Notes under the pieces: model-generated
Told to the model about the DNA's origin: nothing
Databases searched by the model: none
What the model saw: the letters and a program-made list of their open reading frames with translations, nothing else
Position numbers and translations under genes: made by a program
Shown here: piece by piece, positions 56,648 to 64,000 of the stretch
Position numbering within the stretch: position 1 is the first letter of the stretch
How the letters are laid out: each line of letters begins with the position of its first letter
Assembly: GCF_009914755.1 (NCBI RefSeq)
Contig: NC_060944.1
DNA length: 64,000 nucleotides
Reading direction: 5' to 3' (one strand)
Origin: the human T2T-CHM13v2.0 reference genome, Homo sapiens

Positions 56648-57759
56648 GAGTTAAGAGGGTAAGTAGCAAAGAATATGCTTACAAGTAGGTGAAAGGGAGG
56701 AAAAGACTACAGTGCTAAGTGGGGGAAGGCTGAGGACAAAAGGGTCCATGGGATTGAGGGAGAATCTTTAAGAAAGCTCTGGACATGTCGATGTGCTATA
56801 TGTGTGGACAGAAGAGAGGTAGGAGACAAAGAGGGTTGAGGAGTAACTGAAAGAGTAAGGCTCCTTAGAAAGGAAAAAGGGTTGAGAGAGAGTCAGAGCT
56901 TACAGAGGATCTGCAGGACTTATGGGGAGACCCTGAGGGCTGCCTCGAGGCAGCAGCCTGACTATGGAAAGTGTGACTTTTCTACAGCAAGTGCTCAGCT
57001 AGACCCTGGTTTGCACTAGCTTGCTACAATTTCAGAAATGCTGTGAGCTCTCTTTGGAATATTTACACCATGAAAATAGGCAGATGCTATAAATCAGCCT
57101 CCATCCCAGAGCCAATTGTGTAACATTTACCAGGACATCATAGGGAGGAATGGTCTAATTCAGGATCTGGGGCTCACAGAAATAGGAGGAAGTGAGGGAA
57201 TTAAAGACGGCAAGAGAGGATGAAGCAACAGATCATCCTCTGGGACTAGCTGACTAAGGAAGGGATGTGTAATCGACTGGGAGACAAGGTGAGGGCAGGG
57301 AGGTGAAGGCTTGGTCAAGGCTGGGGTTGATGAGCAGGTGTAATGGGAACCAAGCAGGGAGGACAGGAGCAGATGGACTCAGGAGGAAGAGCTTCACTGA
57401 GGATTCTGGGGGAGGGAGAGTAAAATGGGCACATGGACCAGGGCATAGGCCTTGGAGGAGGGGAGGAGGGGAAGGTCATTGTAGTCTCAAGGCCAGAGTG
57501 TCATCATGGGTCAGCCTCAGTACAGTGGAGTCACACTGATGACCAGGGTAGGGGTGGGAGTGAGGAAAAAACAGTGTGATTCTGATGCCCAGATCTTTAA
57601 TGAATGGAGCAGGGTGATCAACAGTTCCTCAGATGTTTGGGACAAACATATCAGCAGGAGCTGGGCAGAGGACAAGATCTTCAGGGGAGGGGAAGGAGGA
57701 ATATATGTCCAAGGACAGAAGTCCCCATCAGTGTTGTGTTTTTCTTCTACTGAAAATAA

Positions 57760-59310
<1,551 letters not shown>

Positions 59311-59462
59311 AAAAAACCCAACCCTAGCTCATTGCTTATTCATAGTAATTACTCAATAAATATTAACTGTCCTGTTAAAGATTTTTTTTTTAGGCCACAA
59401 AAATGGGGACTCACCCCCAACCCACAACAAGTAAAGAGAGTTGACTTTAAATAGAGGGCTGT

Positions 59463-59806
59463 TATGCTAAGCGAAATAAGCCAGTCACAGAAGGAGAAAT
59501 ACTGCATGATTCCACTTACATGGGGGTCTCTAAAATACTCAAATGCGTAGACTCAAAGAGTGGGATGGTGGTTTCCAGGGAGAAAGGGCGCTAGGAAATT
59601 GGGAATTGCTAATCAATGGGCATAAAGTTTCAGTTTGGCAAGATAGATGAGTTCTAGGGGTCTGATGTGCAACAGTATCACATGATATGTATCCATAGTT
59701 AATGATATGTAGTTAATGATATGATATTTACACTTAAAAGTGTGTTAAGAGGGTAGAGCTCATGCTATATGCTCTTGCCACAATAAAAGAAAATTAAAAT
59801 AATAAA
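59463..59806 (+). mobile_element. 5'-truncated L1MA-type element with TSD
   Basis: ttatgctaagcgaaataagccagtcacagaag...; TSD taaat(a/g)gagggctgt at 59448-59462 and 59807-59821. Confidence 0.85.
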
Positions 59807-60229
59807 TAAATGGAGGGCTGTGCTTTGCCACCCAGACCCTTGGTGTGGCAGGATGGGAATAGAACATGGGTTCTACCGTTTCCTTCTTCTGCACACATTT
59901 ACTGAGCACCTATTATGTTCCAGGTGCCACAAAGCACAGGTAGGAGATGTAATGCCAGCCCTTTCTTCAGGCTTTTGGGCCGGGAGACAATGATGCCATT
60001 ACTGAAGACCTAGCACAAAGCATCCCTTGCCTCTCCCCTTCATCCACAGACCCCTGCACAACCTCAGGCAGCCTGTGGAGATGAGTCCTTTAGCACCTGG
60101 CCGACTCTCAGACATATGCATAATCCACTCTCCGCACGGGGCCACCAAAGTATGCCTTCCAGCCTGGACACCAATTACTAAGCAGGGCTCACAGCCTCCC
60201 CCCTGCCTCCTCCTGCCTTCTCTCTCACT

Positions 60230-60660
60230 GTAACAAAGGCATAACATGTAGACAGTCAAATTTAGAAAGCGTGTGTATCTGAAGCACACAGCACAGCCTG
60301 ATGGCTCTGCATATGCATGCACCAATGTCATCACTACCCAGGTCAAGGTATGGAACTGTCCCAGCCCTTCAGAAAGTTTTCTAGCATTCTCTTCCAGTTA
60401 GTACACTCACTGCACACACACAGATGGGTAACCGCTATCCTGGATTTTATCACCATTGATAAGTTTCCCCTGTTTTTGAACTTCATCTACACAGAATCAA
60501 AAGGTGTGTACACCTTGAGTTTCAGACCTGGCTTATTTTGCGCAGTATAACATCCATGAAATTCATCCATGTGTGCATCAGTAGTTTGCTATTTTTCCTT
60601 GTACCGTGGTCCAGTCTATGGATACATGGTTTATTTATCCATTCTCCTGCAGATGGCATC
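60230..60660 (-). mobile_element. Old L1 (L1ME-like)
   Basis: aaattcatccatgtg...tttatttatccattctcctg...gatgg. Confidence 0.7.
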
Positions 60661-63479
60661 TGGCCTCATCTCTTGACCCCTCTTCTCATAGGCTACACGT
60701 TTTACGTCTCCCAAACCACAGAGCAACCCAGCAATACTGCTACTCCTGTGCCTACGTGTGTGTAGTTCCCTTTGCCCTCACACTTCATGATGCATATCTG
60801 AATATTGACAGTTACAGTGCATCGTGATAAAAGTACATGCAGAGTGTTTCAGAAGCACATGGGACATCTAAGTCTGGGGGTGGTCAGCGACACAGGCACT
60901 ATCACAGAGCACAGACTCACAAGATAGGAGAGAGGCTCAGGTGTGGCTCACAGATGGCTGGAGTGGGACATTGGCTGGGCTGTCCTGGGACTTCTGATAT
61001 CAGAGCCTCTGCCCAGCTTGTATGCCTTGAGGTGCATTTGAGGGGGGCCCTGGGCTCTGAGTCTCCGGGCTGCTTTGAGTGGATGGCATTTGGAAGGTGG
61101 AGGTCAGTGATGCTCGGTGATCTGCCCAACAAGAGAGAGCTGGGATCGAAAGCCTGGGAGCTGTGAGTGGTCACTAGGAGTGACAGGGGTGGGGCTGTTG
61201 TGTGTGTGTGTGTGTTTGTGTGTGTATGTAGGTCTCGGCAGACAGTCCACCTCTGGGCGTGGCTGGGGGACACTTACCAGGCAGCCCAAACCCAAACGCA
61301 GTGAGATGCTGCCGCCATGAAAACACGCAGGAGGGACACGGGCCTCTGGAGGCTCCCGGGAGAGGAGGAAGCTTCTCTGCAGTTGGGTGCTTGCCTGGGG
61401 CAGGGTTTCCCCAGCCCCTCCGGTACCCCTCACACCCGCAGGGAGGATGATCTGCATTCTACACAATTGGCCTAGACCTCTAGGGTCAGGGGATTCTTGC
61501 ACGAAGCTTCTCAGCGCAGAGGCTTCAGAGGCTTTTATCAGGGACTTTTCCAACCTACCCAACTGTCCCAACGACGCAGCCCCGCCGCAGCCACGCCCCC
61601 TCTCTCTGGGTCCTCTCTGGAAGTCCGCAGGCAGCAGGCTCTCACTGCGGCCCCTCCCACACTCACTCTACAAGTCTGGGCTCCTCGGGGCATCCGGCTG
61701 AAGGATCCCGATGAGGAGGGCAGATTTAGACAATTCCCTGTGATTTTCCGTGGCACCCAGCCCGCACCAGCTTGCTGCGGTGAGGGTAGGGGATTGTACC
61801 TGGCATGGGCGGGGCTGCCAAGAGCACTTCCTTCACAGGCCCCAGGGATTGGTGTCACTACGTTCTATCTCCAAAGTGGAGCATCTCTGACTGAAAGGGG
61901 AGCACTACTAGCTATCCCACCGGTCACAGGCAAGGAACGGGACTGTCCTGGGTCACTATGCACGGAGCAGGCAGCTCAACTGGGCATCACCACGGAACGT
62001 GGGCAGGAGGGTGCCCTCCCCTCTCTCTCGGTGAGGGGCGTTCTACACGCACCTCCGCACCTCTGGCACCAGCAGCTTCCTGGGGGTCCCAGAGGAGCTG
62101 GTGCTGCCCTCCCCAGCCTTGCTCCCTGAAATCGCAGCATCGGGGCACTTGCGGTCTAATGAGCTGGTTGACCCTCTGCCTGCCTTGGGGACATGCTCTG
62201 CAGTTGTTCCTCACAGGGAAAGCGGGGCAGCTGGAAGTGTAGGGGATGATCCCCAGCTACTCTCTGGGATTCTCTGGATTTTAGGTGCCCACATCTGTGT
62301 CCCAGTGTCTCCCAGCCAGTGACTTGGGTCCTTAGATGCCCCCACAGTTCCGGACAGCCCTCCTGTGGTGCTGCCCCTCTGGCCTGACCACAGCATTCCA
62401 GGTTTACAGGTGACAGCCCATGGCTCACAGTGCCAATGTTCCTCTGGAACTCCGGGCCCTTCCCTGAGACTCTTGATGCCCTCCAGGCCGCTGTGGCTGC
62501 TGCTACCACCTGGCTTTGTGTGCGGAAGTGTGAGTGAGGGCACCCCAGGTCTGCTGTGGCCCTACTGGGTGCCTTTACTTCCAGGGCCTATGTGGGCCCA
62601 TTCCTTGCTGGCATATACATTGTTTCTCAATCTCTCCGTCTCTGGTGCTCGTCACAGCTAGTGTGGTGACCAGGACCTGGGAGGAGGCAGGTGCCACCTC
62701 AACAGCCATCCTGCTCCTCCTGGCTGCCTCTTTTTCTGCCTCCTTTGGGTCTTTCAACGTCAATGCTCCCCAAAGCTCTGTCCTGAGATCCTCTTTTCTC
62801 TCTCCTCCTCTTTCTGGGAGACTGCACTCCATGCTCCTGCAACCATCCCCATCTTTGATCCCTGCATCCAAGTTTCCAATGTTCTCTATCCCCTACCACA
62901 CACCTGGTACCTCCACACCAACATATACCAGCCCCTGGGGGTCCACATTCCCCCCAAAAGTTGCTGCTCAGTGTTCCCTGTTCCTTCAAAGGTATCTCCC
63001 TCCTCCCAGGCCTGGGCCTCATGCTGGGGGTGTCAGGACCTCCTGGCCCCCTCTCCTTCCTGCACAGCCTCCAGACCCCTCCTGCTTCAAATGGGCTCTG
63101 CCCTCCCTCTCTGCTGCTTCTGCCCTCCAAGCCATACTGGGGCAGATCGGAATATTTTGTTTCCTTGTTTGGCCTCTGTCCTGTTTGCTCATCATTGCCA
63201 GATTCAACTCAATTCAGCTCCACCAGTGTCCCTGGGCTCTGCTCTGAGGCACTCGGAAAGGTGCCCTGAGAAGCCTGGTGCAGCACAGACCATTAGGAAG
63301 GAGGATTTAGGGCCTCCTCCACCCCCCAATTCCCTACACCACATGTGAGGCGCAGCAGAAATGTAAGGATTGAGAAAGAGCTGTGCGTGCCAGCAAGGAG
63401 CAAAGGTCATGGAAATTAAGGGATGACTTCCTGGAAGAGGGAGTCACGTGACGTGGACCTCAAAGAAAGCAGTGGCCTT

Positions 63480-63990
63480 TTGCAGTGTTGATTGGAACAA
63501 GGAAGAGTTAGAAAAACCTAACATTCAGCAGGATCAACGCACTGTGGAATACTCTCAAATGTACTGCTGTGAAAATGGCCCAGCATGGATAAATCTCAGC
63601 CACATAATGTTGGGTGAAATGGCAAATTGAAGAACGGTGATACGCATGGCAAGGTGCCATTCATATAAATCTCAAAGACAAACAAAACAATATATTATTA
63701 TGGATACAGATGTTTGTAGTAAGAGTATGAACATCTGTATAAGAGTGATATACTCCAGATTTATCTCTGGCGAGGCAGGGAGAGAAAGAGGAAGGGACAG
63801 GAGGAGGGGATCTAGTTATGGCTTGTTCTATTTATTTGAAAAGAGAGAGGAAGGGGTCTGAGGCAAATATGGCAAAATGTTAACATCTGTTCAGTATAGG
63901 TGATTACAGGCATGTGGGTGCTTGTTTTATTGTTTTCTCCTTATTTGTGCATTAAGCTAAAATTTTAAAGGAAGTTAAAAGGAAAAAAAA
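63480..63990 (+). mobile_element. Old L1 (L1ME-like) 3' end
   Basis: catggataaatctcag...cataatgttgggtgaa...gcaaatatggcaaaatgttaaca. Confidence 0.7.
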
Positions 63991-64000
63991 ACAGGGAGCT

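Noticed and set aside
61497-63247. 210-aa and 237-aa ORFs
   Set aside because: No recognisable domain, GC-rich or L2-derived, non-ATG starts, antisense within the ADRA1D intron.

Overview
Human (primate) genomic DNA, recognisable as the SMOX-ADRA1D locus (20p13). The + strand carries the last four constitutive coding exons of spermine oxidase SMOX (387-560, 673-1432, 2078-2238, 5574-5711). It also carries a 90-nt cassette exon (5047-5136) and a 159-nt exitron (908-1066), neither visible as such in the ORF track. The - strand carries the terminal exon of the alpha-1D adrenergic receptor ADRA1D (CDS 39843-40450) and about 23.5 kb of its single large intron; exon 1 lies beyond the window. The two genes converge. 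The ~33 kb between them is mostly Alu (nearly 50 copies in the whole window), L1, L2, MIR, LTR and DNA-transposon relics, and probably includes the lncRNA LINC01433. Almost all other ORFs in the track are repeat-derived or antisense noise. I do not see a new multi-gene system. Best second-look signals: (1) the SMOX cassette exon appears to be an exonised L2 3' end; (2) an Alu with an inserted 19-bp hairpin plus T8 (shRNA/terminator-like); (3) a MER41B LTR with two intact GAS motifs; (4) small retro-insertions and template-switch scars with clear TSDs; (5) miR-124 seed clustering in the SMOX 3' UTR. Repeat family names come from remembered consensus sequences, not a search, and repeat boundaries are approximate.
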